Shown one piece after another: positions 27,336 to 38,100 of a stretch of 64,000 nt of DNA (its first letter is position 1; each line of letters begins with the position of its first letter). The notes beneath the pieces are model-generated. The model saw only the letters and a program-made list of their open reading frames with translations. It had not been told where the DNA came from and ran no database searches. Origin of the DNA: Candidatus Latescibacterota bacterium (lineage in GTDB: Bacteria > Latescibacterota > UBA2968 > UBA8231); contig OZ244561.1 in the NCBI GenBank assembly GCA_965217585.1, positions 1,344,001 to 1,408,000 of the forward strand, written 5' to 3'. The position numbers were made by a program, and so were the translations under genes.

Positions 27336-27460
27336 AATTTTACCTAGCTAATCTTATCTCGGCGTGTGATTATATCTTCACTCAATAGGCCCTCTAGCAT
27401 GTCGATAAACGACCGCGCCATCTTGTGTTCACCCGGAGGCTTGGCTTTGGCCCCGCCGCG

Positions 27461-27721
27461 TCAGACTTGATGCAGGTTCGAGAAGTGTTCAACGGGAATT
27501 TGAACCTCTTTGCTCGCTTTCTGCCCATGTACATGGAGTTCGTTGAATCTCTTTTCTATATCTCTCAATACGAGACCTTCAAAGTACTGTTCGCCACAGT
27601 ACGCGCATTGGAGACAGGGCACGTCATCCACAATGAGAAATTGGCCATTGTGCCGATAAATGTACTGGGTTTGACGAGACTGAAGTTCCTTATGACCACA
27701 AAAAGAACAGCCTGTTTTCAT
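27461..27721 (-). CDS. YgiT-type zinc-finger putative antitoxin (orphan)
   Basis: CSFCG ... DVPCLQCAYCGEQYF. Confidence 0.8.
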   Translation of the reverse strand: MKTGCSFCGHKELQSRQTQYIYRHNGQFLIVDDVPCLQCAYCGEQYFEGLVLRDIEKRFNELHVHGQKASKEVQIPVEHFSNLHQV

Positions 27722-27759
27722 CAGGCACCTCTTTGTGTTGCTTAACGTGGTGCCCTCCA

Positions 27760-28848
27760 TCACTTCCAATCGTCGAACGGATTCGCCGTACTCGCCAGCG
27801 GCAGCCCTACCCGCGCTCCGGCCCTATGCGAGGCGTGGGCCATCATCGCCATCTCTAGATAGAGCCGCGCATTCTCCAACTCTACCAGATCCCACTCCGG
27901 GTCCCGGCCTTCGATCATGTCGATCATGGACCGCGCCATGCGGCGGTGCGCGTTGAGCCATTTGTGCTCATCCGGCGGCGGCGACGAGGGCACGACCTCC
28001 CAGCGCGGGTCGCCGATCAGCCCGGGGTTGACCAGCGGGTGGTAGTAAATATCCGGCAGATTGACCATCGGCCCAGGCAGCGACAAGGTCCCCTCTGTCC
28101 CGTGGATGTCGATGCGATAAGGATTCTCCTTCCCGTCCCCCCGGTAGGACTCAAAATCAGCAGCCACGCCACCCGGAAACTCGTAGTACGCCTTGATCCC
28201 GTCTCCGGCCACCAAGCCCATCCCTTCAACGCCTTCCTGTACATCCGCCGGCGTCGCGCTGCGCCCATCCTGCGTCAGATGCGCATGACACCACAGCGGC
28301 GCACCAAACGACTGCCAGAGAAAGTCAAAGAAATGCGGATACAAGTCCAAAAACAGTTGATCTCCGCCGTGCGCGCCGCCCATCCCATAGATCCGGCACA
28401 GCCGCGGCTGGCCGATCTTCCCCGCCTTAATCGCCGGAATCGCCACCCTCTGGATCGGCGGATGCCCCCGCCAAGGATGCGCCACCACCACCGTCACCCC
28501 GGCCTTATCACGCGCTGCGATCATCTGGTCAACTTGGGCGACCGAAGCCGCCACTGGCTTTTCGAGGTACACATGCGCCCCGCGCTCCACGCAATTGAGC
28601 ACCAACGCCAAGTGGTCGCCGATCTCCCGCGATGCCACCACCGCAATATCCGGCTTCTCCTCCTCTAACATCTGCACGTAATCGGCGTATCCCTTGGGTG
28701 CTCCGGTCTTGGCAACGGCAGCTTGGCGTCCCGCCTCGTCGGGATCGGCCAGCGCCACAATCTCCGCGCCTTCTACCCCGACAAAGGCCATGTCGAGATA
28801 GTGGCCGTAGTTGCCGCGGCCGGTGTGTCCAATAATGCCAACGCGCAT
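27760..28848 (-). CDS. Gfo/Idh/MocA oxidoreductase
   Basis: VGIIGHTGRGNYGH, HVYLEKP. Confidence 0.9.
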   Translation of the reverse strand: MRVGIIGHTGRGNYGHYLDMAFVGVEGAEIVALADPDEAGRQAAVAKTGAPKGYADYVQMLEEEKPDIAVVASREIGDHLALVLNCVERGAHVYLEKPVAASVAQVDQMIAARDKAGVTVVVAHPWRGHPPIQRVAIPAIKAGKIGQPRLCRIYGMGGAHGGDQLFLDLYPHFFDFLWQSFGAPLWCHAHLTQDGRSATPADVQEGVEGMGLVAGDGIKAYYEFPGGVAADFESYRGDGKENPYRIDIHGTEGTLSLPGPMVNLPDIYYHPLVNPGLIGDPRWEVVPSSPPPDEHKWLNAHRRMARSMIDMIEGRDPEWDLVELENARLYLEMAMMAHASHRAGARVGLPLASTANPFDDWK

Positions 28849-28942
28849 GATTCGTCCTTTCTTTCGTTGAAGAGCAGATTCTAGATTAAGGGCAACCACA
28901 AAGGGGAGGCGGATGAAGGTCGTACGTCCAGATCAGATGGTA

Positions 28943-29944
28943 TTACAATTCCACCGCCCGCCCCGTCTCCATAGACTCCTTCACCGCGTCTAACACCCGC
29001 ATCTGCGCGACGCTGTGTTCCGGCGAGATCCGATGCTCCCGCTCCTCGGCCAAGCACTCGCACAGGTGCTGCAACTGCAATGCAAATTGAAAGCAGGGCG
29101 GGAATTCGACAACCTCCACCCCGCTCGGCGTGCGATGCTCTATGGTGACGGCTCGATTCTCGTTGTTCCACACGTGGTCTAGCCGCAGCATCCCGCGATG
29201 CCCGGAAATTTCCGCGTACTGCGAGCTGAACGTATTAAACCCCACGGCGATCTGCGCGGTGCGGCCCCCGGAAAAGACCAGCACAATCGACGCGGCATCG
29301 TCGGTCTCTATGCCTAGCTGCTGCGCGGCAAACACCCGCTCCGGCTCCTCGCCAAACGCGAACCGCGCGTGGTGAATGTTGTAACAGGCTAAGTCGTAGA
29401 TACTGCCGCCGCCTTTGGCCTTGTTGAAGCGCCAATTCGCCTCGGGCGAGCGCTCTTTGAGTGCACCTCCTGAACTGGTGCAAAACGTGCTCCGCACGCC
29501 GACTAAGTCGCCGATCTCACCGGCGTCGAGCATGGCCTTGGCCCGCAAGTGCATGGGGTGATGGCGAAACTTAAACGCCTCGGCCACGAGGACGCGGTTT
29601 TTCCTACCGGCCGCGGCAAAGGCCGCTGCTTCGGCGGCGTTTTGGGTGAAGGGCTTTTCGCAGAGCACGGCTTTTACCCGCCCCGAATCGCAGATCCGAA
29701 TCCCAGTCTCCGCGTGAAAAGCTCCCCAAGTGCAGATGATGGCAATGTCCAACTTGGCCTCGTGGAGCATGGCGTCGAGTTCGGTATAGCGCGCTGCAAC
29801 GCCGAACTCCTCTCCGTAGCGCGCTAGCTGCTCGGCGGACACGTCGCAGATGGCGACGAGTTCGGCTTCGGCGATCTGCTGGCAGGCCTTGCCGTGAGCG
29901 CGGGCGATTCCGCCCGTGCCCACGAGGCCGACGCGATAGACCAC
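28943..29944 (-). CDS. Gfo/Idh/MocA oxidoreductase
   Basis: VGLVGTGGIA, VLCEKP, GGGSIYDLACY. Confidence 0.9.
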   Translation of the reverse strand: MVYRVGLVGTGGIARAHGKACQQIAEAELVAICDVSAEQLARYGEEFGVAARYTELDAMLHEAKLDIAIICTWGAFHAETGIRICDSGRVKAVLCEKPFTQNAAEAAAFAAAGRKNRVLVAEAFKFRHHPMHLRAKAMLDAGEIGDLVGVRSTFCTSSGGALKERSPEANWRFNKAKGGGSIYDLACYNIHHARFAFGEEPERVFAAQQLGIETDDAASIVLVFSGGRTAQIAVGFNTFSSQYAEISGHRGMLRLDHVWNNENRAVTIEHRTPSGVEVVEFPPCFQFALQLQHLCECLAEEREHRISPEHSVAQMRVLDAVKESMETGRAVEL

Positions 29945-29971
29945 GGCACCCTCCTCGCGGTTAGTGGTTGG

Positions 29972-30442
29972 TTATATCTGTGGGCTTAGGTCTTTGGGTT
30001 CAAAGAGCCGCGGCCGCAAGTAGATGGGCGCTCCGAGACGCGTCACCAGCACCATGCCGTCGCTGGGCCGGCAATCGAGCACCCACTCGCCGGCTGCGGT
30101 CTCAATGTACAAGTTGGCGTGAAAGGTGTTGTCCTTGATGCTGTGGACGACGAGGTGCATCACCTCGCCTTGCAGCTTCTCCAGCATCGCTTCCAACAGA
30201 TCGTACGCGAGCGGACGCGGGAAATCCTCGTCCCGCATGGCCCCGACCAACGCCCGCGCCTCGCAGTGGCCGATGATGATGGGCAACGGCGGCACGTCGT
30301 CCCCTTTGAGCACGACAGCCACCCCATCGGCACCGAAGTCGCGCACATCGACAATTTGGGCGGGGATGAGGTCAACCGGGGGTTCTCGGCCACAGGCTGC
30401 CAGCGCAAGGGCCGCCAAGGCCACGAGGAGCTGTTTCATCAT
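29972..30442 (-). CDS. Bifunctional nuclease (DUF151/BFN) domain lipoprotein
   Basis: LPIIIG..EA, RPLAYDL, FHANL, DCRPSD; lipobox LAAC; AGGAG SD. Confidence 0.8.
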   Translation of the reverse strand: MMKQLLVALAALALAACGREPPVDLIPAQIVDVRDFGADGVAVVLKGDDVPPLPIIIGHCEARALVGAMRDEDFPRPLAYDLLEAMLEKLQGEVMHLVVHSIKDNTFHANLYIETAAGEWVLDCRPSDGMVLVTRLGAPIYLRPRLFEPKDLSPQI

Positions 30443-30644
30443 ATTGCTCCTGTTTCGCGATGTTTGGTTTTTTGCACACGGCCCAATTATAGGGGCTGTG
30501 GCCACGGCCTGCAAAAGTGAACGGGGCGCTTTACGGCATTCCCTCGGCAGCCTTGGCGCGAGCGGCAGCGGCAAAAAAATGAAAACGCACGGGAATGAAT
30601 AGAATCAATCAATGGTCTAATGGAGTGACTACTAATTCTGAATC

Positions 30645-30694
30645 AGAACTGACCAGTCAGTTCTATTGACAAAGATCGGAACCTCATCTATACT
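30645..30694 (+). promoter_or_regulatory. Operator palindrome and sigma70 promoter of the efflux operon
   Basis: AGAACTGAC-CA-GTCAGTTCT (30645-30664) just upstream of TTGACA(30666)-17 nt-TATACT. Confidence 0.8.
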
Positions 30695-30763
30695 CTCTTG
30701 GACGACACACGCCAAAGAAAGGAACCCCGTGGACAAAACACACACCACTAAGGCTTGCTCCAG

Positions 30764-32032
30764 ATGACAGCTCGCCAATATGCGCTGTACATCGGCAGCG
30801 TCTTGCTCCTCGCGCTAGGCTGCGGCGAGGAGGAAGTAGCACAGGGCGCCCAGCGCGGCGGTTGGGGCGGGCGCGAAGCGGCAGCCATTCCGGTCAAAGG
30901 CGAAAAGGTCACTCGCGGCGACATGAACGCCTACATTGAGACGTACTCCCGCCTCGAAGCCGAGCGCCGAGTCAGCGTCTTGGCGCGCACGACCGGCTTA
31001 CTCGAGGAGCTCGCGGCCGAAGAGGGCGACCAAGTGCGCCAAGGCCAAGTGATGATCCGCCTCAACAAGGATGAATTGAGCCTAAACTTGCGCCAAGCCG
31101 AACAGGCTTTTGCCGACGCCAGCACCAACTACGACCGCATCAAGACGCTATACGAGCGCAGCATGGTCAGCCAATCCGAATACGATACGGCTCACCTCCG
31201 CTTGGACAACGCCAAGATCTCCCTCGAAGAAGCCCAACTCAATCTCGCATACGCAGATGTTACCGCGCCGATTGCCGGCGTCGTCACCCAGCGGTTGGTC
31301 GAAGTGGGCGACCTAGTGCGCGGCAATCAAGAAGTTTTCGTCGTCGCTGACCTCCACCCGCTGCTGGTGAAAATTTTCGCGCCCGAGCAGCGCATGTACC
31401 AATTGCACCCAGGCCAAGAGGCCACTATCGCGGTCGAGGCCCTGCCCGACACGAGCTTCCGCGGCCGCATCCGCATGATTAGTCCAGAGGTCGATCCCGC
31501 CAGTGGCACCGTCAAGGTCACCCTCGAAGTCGCCAGCGCCGGCGTACTCAAACCGGGGATGTTCGCCACGGTGCGCATTATTACCGAGCGGCGGCCCCAG
31601 ACCTTGATCGTCCCCAAGAAGGCCCTAATCCTCGAAACCGACGAAGACGACGTCTTCCTGATCGAGGACAGCAAGGTGCGCCGGGTCTCCGTCGAACTGG
31701 GCTTTGTCGAGGGCGATCAAGTCGAGATCGTCTCCGGCCTCAAAGAAGGCGACCAAGTAGTGACCATTGGCCACGAGGGCCTCAAGGATGGTGCAGCCGT
31801 GCGGCTGGCCGGCGAGGGCCTAACGGTCCCGGCGGAATTGGCCTCACCCCCGGGCGAAGGCTCCCGCCCGCCCGAGGCTAGGGGTGGCCTGCCCGACAGC
31901 TTGCGCCAAGTCATAGCCGAGTACCGCCGCGCGGGCAAGCCCCTGCCCGACAGCTTGCGCCAACGCTTGCGCGCACTGCGCGAGCAGGGCGGCGGGCGGC
32001 CACCGCGGCGCGGGCAAGGTAGGGGCGAGTGA
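30764..32032 (+). CDS. RND efflux periplasmic adaptor (MFP)
   Basis: EEGDQVRQGQ, APIAGVV, LKPGMFA; lipobox LALGC. Confidence 0.9.
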   Translation: MTARQYALYIGSVLLLALGCGEEEVAQGAQRGGWGGREAAAIPVKGEKVTRGDMNAYIETYSRLEAERRVSVLARTTGLLEELAAEEGDQVRQGQVMIRLNKDELSLNLRQAEQAFADASTNYDRIKTLYERSMVSQSEYDTAHLRLDNAKISLEEAQLNLAYADVTAPIAGVVTQRLVEVGDLVRGNQEVFVVADLHPLLVKIFAPEQRMYQLHPGQEATIAVEALPDTSFRGRIRMISPEVDPASGTVKVTLEVASAGVLKPGMFATVRIITERRPQTLIVPKKALILETDEDDVFLIEDSKVRRVSVELGFVEGDQVEIVSGLKEGDQVVTIGHEGLKDGAAVRLAGEGLTVPAELASPPGEGSRPPEARGGLPDSLRQVIAEYRRAGKPLPDSLRQRLRALREQGGGRPPRRGQGRGE

Positions 32033-35000
32033 AACTAGTCGAATTTTCCACCCGCCGCCGCGTCACAGTGGCGATGCTGATGGTGGCGATCATCGCCTTT
32101 GGCGGTGTGGGTTTTTCGCGCCTAGCCGTCAATCTCCTCCCGGATATAACGTACCCGACGATCACCGTCCGCACCGAATACGAGGGCGTGGCCCCCCTCG
32201 AGATCGAGCGCCTCATTTCCGAGCCGGTCGAAGGCTTGGTCGGCGTGGTCAGCAACGTGGTCCGCGTCTCGTCGATTTCGCGGCCAGGCATCTCCGATGT
32301 GGTCGTCGAGTTCGGCTGGGGCACCAACATGGACTTTGCCTCGCTCGACATCCGCGAAAAGCTCGATTTGGCCAACCTGCCGCGCGACGCCGGCAAACCC
32401 ATTCTCTTGCGCTTCGACCCCTCGCTCGACCCCGTAATGCGCCTAGCGTTTTACGGCAAGTTGAGCCTGATGGAGATGCGGCGCGTCGCCGAAGAGCGGC
32501 TGCGCCCCGACCTCGAAAGTCTCGAAGGCGTAGCGGCCATCCGAATCAACGGCGGCCTAGAGGAAGAGATCCAAGTCGAAGTCGAAGCCCAACGCCTGGC
32601 CTACCTCGGCATCTCCATCAGCCAAGTCACCAACCGCCTCGCCGCGGAAAACGTCAACCTGACCGGCGGAATGCTCAAGGACGGCGAAGCCGAGTTCCTC
32701 GTCAGGACCCTCAACGAATTCCAAGGCATCGACGAGATCGGCGAAATCGTCATCGGCCAGATTGACCGCGCGCCGATCAAGCTCAAGGACGTCGGTCGCG
32801 TCTTCCGCGGCCATCGCGAGCGCGACCTCGTCACCCGCATTAACGGCCGCGAGGGCGTCGAGGTCTCGGTCTTCAAGGAAGGCGACGCCAACACCGTCCA
32901 AGTCAGCGCGGCGGTACAGGAGCGCTTAGACGAATTTCTCGCCGAAAACGCCTCGCTGCTCCAGGACAGCGGCATGGACGTGGTCTTCAACCAAGCGACC
33001 TTTATCCAGCAGGCCGTTGACGAGGTGCTCAACACCGCCATCATCGGCGGCATCCTCGCCATCATCGTGCTCTTTCTCTTCCTCCGCGACCTCAAAAGCA
33101 CGACCATCATCGGCCTCTCGATCCCCCTCTCAGTGGTGGCGACCTTTTTCCTGATGTTCGGCTCGGACGTAAGCCTCAATATCATGTCGCTGGGCGGGCT
33201 GGCGCTGGGAGTTGGGATGCTGGTTGACAACTCCATTGTGGTCTTGGAAAGCGTGCAGCGCTACCGCGCACAAGGGCTTAATGCCTTGGCAGCGGCCGTG
33301 CGCGGGGCTAGCGAGGTCGGCCGCGCCGTCATCGCCGCCACCACCACCACCATCTGCGTTTTTCTGCCCATCGTCTTCGTCGAGGGCGTCGCCGGCCAGC
33401 TCTTCCGCGATCAGGCACTGACCGTCACCTATTCGCTGGTCGCCTCCCTCGTGGTGGCGCTGATGCTGATCCCCATGCTCTCGTCGCTGAGCCTCGAGCG
33501 CATGATTGCCGAGGCCGACGAGACCGGCCCCAAACGCGGCGTCAAAGGCCCTGCGCTTCTCATCCGCCTGATCCGCGCCACAGCCAGCGGCGTCGGCCGC
33601 GTCTTCTCCACTCTACTCTTCCCGCTGTACTGGCTGTTCGACCTCGTCTTCAACGCACTCAACAAAACGTACCCGCTCTTCTTGAGCTGGGCGCTGCGCC
33701 GCCGCCTGCTGGTCCTGGCCATCTTTATCGCGCTGGGAGCCTTGGTCCTCGAACGGGCACGCGGCCTAGGGCTGGAGCTAATCCCGGAGATGAGCCAAGG
33801 CGAATTCCTCGTCGATTTGGAATGGCGTGCTGGCACCCCGCTGGAGCAGACCGCCGCTCAAGTCGCCGCCATTGACGGGCAGGTCCGCAGCCTCGATGGA
33901 ATCGCCTCGGTCTTTGCCCTCGTCGGCAGCAGTGGCCAGACCGGCGGCACGGCCGCCGATAAAAAGGAGCACACCGCCCACCTCCTCGTGCGGCTCGCAC
34001 CGGAGGCCGGCGAAGACGCGGCCATCGAAGCGGTGCGCGGCCTCCTCGGGGACATTCCCGACCTGAAGTTCAAATTCTCGCGGCCGACTTATTTTTCTTT
34101 TCGCACCCCCATAGAGGTGGAAATCAGCGGCTACAGTCTGAGCACCCTCGATCTGTTGGCCGACCAAGCGGTCGAGCGTCTGTACACCATCCCCGGGCTG
34201 ACCGACATCCGCTCGAGCACGGCCGGCGGACAACCCGAAGTCCAGATATTCTTCGACCGCCGGCGCGTCGCCGAACTGGGCACCACCGTGCAGAATATCG
34301 GCGAGCTGTTGCGCAACAAGCTGCAAGGCGATGTCGCCACCGAGTTAGCGCGCCGCGACCGCAAGGTCGATATCCGGGTGCGCGCCCTCGACGAGGAGCG
34401 CCAGACCGTCGCCGACCTCAAGCGCATGGTCGTCAGCCCGGCCTCCTATCCAGTGCCGGTCGCGCTCGAATCGGTCGCCGAAGTACAGGCCGTGGACGGC
34501 CCCACCGAGATCCGCCGCCTCGACCAAGAGCGCGTCGCCGTCATCTCGGCCAACCTCGACGGCCGCGATTTGGGCGGCGTAGTAGAGGAGATCGAAGCCA
34601 CCCTTGCCGACTTGCCCCTGCCCGAGGGCTTCACCGTGGCCATCGGTGGCCAGAACGAAGAAATGGTGCGCTCCTTCGACAGCATGCAATTCGCCCTGCT
34701 ACTGGCCGTATTCTTGGTCTATCTGGTAATGGCCTCGCAGTTTGAATCGCTTTTGCACCCGCTGGTCATCATGTTCACCATTCCCTTGGGGCTAATCGGC
34801 AGCGCCCTCGGCCTGCTCGCGACGGGCACCACCATCAGCGTGGTGGTGCTCATTGGCCTGATCATGCTCGCCGGCATTGTCGTCAACAACGCCATCGTCC
34901 TCGTCGATTATATCAATCATCTGCGCCGCAATGAGGGGATGGAAAAATTCGCCGCGGTGCTGCGCGCTGGCGAGGTGCGCTTCCGGCCGATCCTAATGAC

Positions 35001-35169
35001 GACCTCGACCACCGCCCTCGGGCTGTTGCCCATGGCCATAGGGCTGGGCGAGGGGGCCGAGATCCGCGCACCTATGGCCATTACCGTCATCGGCGGGCTT
35101 TTGGTATCCACCCTGCTGACCCTGGTGCTCATTCCCGTGGTCTATACCCTGATGGATCGCAGCGCTTAG
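32029..35169 (+). CDS. RND transporter permease subunit 1
   Basis: 1046 aa; GMLVDNSIVVLE, RFRPILMT. Confidence 0.95.
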   Translation: MKLVEFSTRRRVTVAMLMVAIIAFGGVGFSRLAVNLLPDITYPTITVRTEYEGVAPLEIERLISEPVEGLVGVVSNVVRVSSISRPGISDVVVEFGWGTNMDFASLDIREKLDLANLPRDAGKPILLRFDPSLDPVMRLAFYGKLSLMEMRRVAEERLRPDLESLEGVAAIRINGGLEEEIQVEVEAQRLAYLGISISQVTNRLAAENVNLTGGMLKDGEAEFLVRTLNEFQGIDEIGEIVIGQIDRAPIKLKDVGRVFRGHRERDLVTRINGREGVEVSVFKEGDANTVQVSAAVQERLDEFLAENASLLQDSGMDVVFNQATFIQQAVDEVLNTAIIGGILAIIVLFLFLRDLKSTTIIGLSIPLSVVATFFLMFGSDVSLNIMSLGGLALGVGMLVDNSIVVLESVQRYRAQGLNALAAAVRGASEVGRAVIAATTTTICVFLPIVFVEGVAGQLFRDQALTVTYSLVASLVVALMLIPMLSSLSLERMIAEADETGPKRGVKGPALLIRLIRATASGVGRVFSTLLFPLYWLFDLVFNALNKTYPLFLSWALRRRLLVLAIFIALGALVLERARGLGLELIPEMSQGEFLVDLEWRAGTPLEQTAAQVAAIDGQVRSLDGIASVFALVGSSGQTGGTAADKKEHTAHLLVRLAPEAGEDAAIEAVRGLLGDIPDLKFKFSRPTYFSFRTPIEVEISGYSLSTLDLLADQAVERLYTIPGLTDIRSSTAGGQPEVQIFFDRRRVAELGTTVQNIGELLRNKLQGDVATELARRDRKVDIRVRALDEERQTVADLKRMVVSPASYPVPVALESVAEVQAVDGPTEIRRLDQERVAVISANLDGRDLGGVVEEIEATLADLPLPEGFTVAIGGQNEEMVRSFDSMQFALLLAVFLVYLVMASQFESLLHPLVIMFTIPLGLIGSALGLLATGTTISVVVLIGLIMLAGIVVNNAIVLVDYINHLRRNEGMEKFAAVLRAGEVRFRPILMTTSTTALGLLPMAIGLGEGAEIRAPMAITVIGGLLVSTLLTLVLIPVVYTLMDRSA

Positions 35170-35177
35170 GAGGTTTT

Positions 35178-38100
35178 ATGTCCCTGTCTGAATTCTCGCT
35201 CAAACGGCCCGTGACCACGTTGATGCTCACCTTGTGCGCCTTGGTGGTGGGTGTCGTCGCCTTAGATCGCTTGCCCATGGAGCAGTTGCCGACCATTTCC
35301 TCTTCGGGGATCACGGCCCGAGTTCAGTACAACAATTCCTCTCCCGAAGAGATCGAGCGCTCGGTGACCTTGCCATTGGAGCAGACGCTGGGCACACTCA
35401 ACAATATCGACCGCATGAGTGCGAGCTCGGGGCACAATCGGGGCGAGGTGCGGGTGGACTTCAAGGCCGGCACCGACATGGATTTGGCCAACATGGAGAT
35501 GCGCGAAAAACTCGACCAAGCCCGCGCCCTCCTGCCCTCGGACGTCGATCGCGTCAGCCTGCGCCGCTGGCAATCCGACCAGCGCCCCACTGTGTACGCC
35601 AATCTGGCTTGGCTCGGCGACGGCGACCGCCTGCTCGACGTAATCCAAAAGGTCATCGAGCCGCGGCTATTGCGGCTCAACGGCGTCGCCAACGTGGTCA
35701 TCGACGACCTCGAAGAGAAACAGCTCATCGTCGAGCTCGACCAGGAGCGCCTGCAGACCCACAATATATCGCTGTCCTCGCTCGGCTGGCAGCTCAACGC
35801 GAACAACACCAACATTTCTTTGGGCCGGATCATGGATGGCGACCAGCGCTATATGGTCCGCGCCATCGGCGAGTTCACCCGCGCCGAGGATATTGCCAAT
35901 ATGCCGCTGTTGGGTGGTCAGTTTCGCCTCGGCGACATCGGCGAGATCAACTACGGCTTCCCCGAAAAGCGCAGCTACGAGCGGCTCAACGGCACCGACG
36001 CGCTACAACTGGAAGTTTTCAAAGCCTCCACCGCCAATGTCGTCGATGTCGGCGAGGTCATCGTCGCTGAGTTGGAGGCGATTGAAGCCGAATACGCGGG
36101 CCAACTCGAGGTTGCCATCGTCCGCAATCGCGCTGAGTCCGTGCTTAAGGACGCCGGCACCCTCCTCAACTCGGCGATGCTGGGCGCGTTTTTGGCGATG
36201 ATTATCATTTTTGTCTTTCTGCGCAATATCCGCTCGACCATCGTCATCGCCCTCGCCATCCCCATCTCGGCGCTGGGCGTCTTTATCGGCATGTACGTCG
36301 CCCGCGAGGTCTTTGAATCGACCATCACCCTCAACATGGTCTCGATGATGGGGCTGATGCTGGCAGTGGGGATGTTGGTCGATCCGGCGGTGGTGGTGCT
36401 GGAGAGCATCTTCCGCCGCCGCCAAGAAGACGGCCTCGAAGCCGAAGAGGCCGCCCGCGTCGGCAGCCGCGAAGTCGGTATGGCGGTTCTAGCCTCGGCA
36501 CTGACGACGATCTGCGTCTTCGTGCCCTTCTTCTTCCTCTCCGATGGCCGCTCGGCCACGTGGATGAAGGACGCTGGGATTGCGATATGCCTCGCCGTGG
36601 TGGTGTCGATGATCGTCTCGTTGTCGCTTATTCCGCTGGCTTCCTCCCGACTGCTCCGCGCTGGGATCGAGCGCTACGACCGCTGGCTCAAACTGCTGGT
36701 CGTCGCGGTCGTAGTCGGCATTGCCTACTGGCAGATCAGCCCCGTTGGCTGGAGCGGTTTGCAGTCTTGGTGGGTCCGTTGGTCCGGGCTGATTGCCACC
36801 TCAATCGGCGGGATGCAGTGGCAAACCATCGTCGGCTGCGCACTCACTGCGCTGGCCGGAGCCGCGCTCGGCTGGTACTGCTCCCGCCACGGCCTGCGCG
36901 CCTCGTACGGCCGCTTGCTCAACTGGACGCTCGACCACCGCTGGGTCGCGCTAGTGGCCACAATGGCGCTGACCGGCACCGGCTATTACCTCTACGACCA
37001 AATCGAACAGCGCGGCACTCCCTGGACCCCAGAGCGCCGGGTGGATATGTCGGTGATCATCGACCGCAGCTACAGCCTGGATGAGATCCGCGCGCACTTC
37101 GACCAGATCGAAGACATCCTCCTAGCGCAAAAGGACACGCTCGACCTCGAATCGCTGACCACGCGCTTCCGCCAACGCCGAGGCAGCATCCGCGCCTATC
37201 TCGTCGATGCCGACGCGGGCAAGCTCTCGACCATGGAGGCCGGCAATGCGATCAAGAACCTGCTGCCGGAGAAGGTCGGCTACACGTACAAAATGGGCCG
37301 CTCGCGCAGTTGGTCGGGCAATCAACTCGGCGTTGAGGTCCAGCTCCACGGCCGCAATCCAGAAGTCCTAGCAGTGCTAATGGAGGACGTCAAAGCCGGT
37401 CTCGAACAGCTACCCGGGGTCCAGGACGTCGATAGCAGCCTCGAAGACGGCGAGGAGGAAGTCCGCGTCGAAATCAACCGCGCCCAAGCACTCAGCTATG
37501 GGCTGTCGCCGCGCGAGGTAGCCCAGGGCATCTCCTCGGCCTTGGGCACCCGCCGCACCAGCGGCTTCAAAAGCGACGACCGCGAAATCGACATCGTCAT
37601 GCAGCTCAACGAGGGCGACCGCGCCACCCTAGACCAGCTCAAAAACAGCCGCTACGAGAGCCGCGACGGCAGTTCGGTCCAGCTCGCGTCGTTGGCCGAC
37701 TTCCAGCTTAGCCGCGGCCCCCGCGATCTCAGACGCGAGAATCGGGTCCTCAACGTCACCGTCTTCGCCAACACCGAAAACCGCAACGCAGCCCGCGCGC
37801 TGACGGAGCCGATCAGTCAAATGATGAACGGGATGCAGTTGCCCCCCGGCTATAGCTGGGATTTGGGCCGGGCGGCGCGCTGGCAGCAAGAGGAGGCCAG
37901 CGACAACCACTTCACCGCCATTTTTGCCATACTATTGATCTACCTGATCATGGCCTCGCTCTTCGAGTCCCTGATCCATCCCTTAACCATCATCTTCGCC
38001 ATCCCCTTCTCCCTGATCGGCGTGGCCTTGGGGCTGTATGTCCTCGACGTGCCCTTTGACAACAACGGTGTCTTGGGGCTTTTGATCCTCTTCGGCATCG

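Noticed and set aside
25693-27758. 9-bp direct repeat GTGCCCTCC at 25693 and 27750 as a possible target-site duplication
   Set aside because: It is SD-like on the minus strand, and the left copy lies within an apparent coding fragment (CPKCKEGTI); chance is plausible.
31889-31963. LPDSLRQ repeated twice in the MFP tail
   Set aside because: Short duplication in a low-complexity tail with no sign of separate function.
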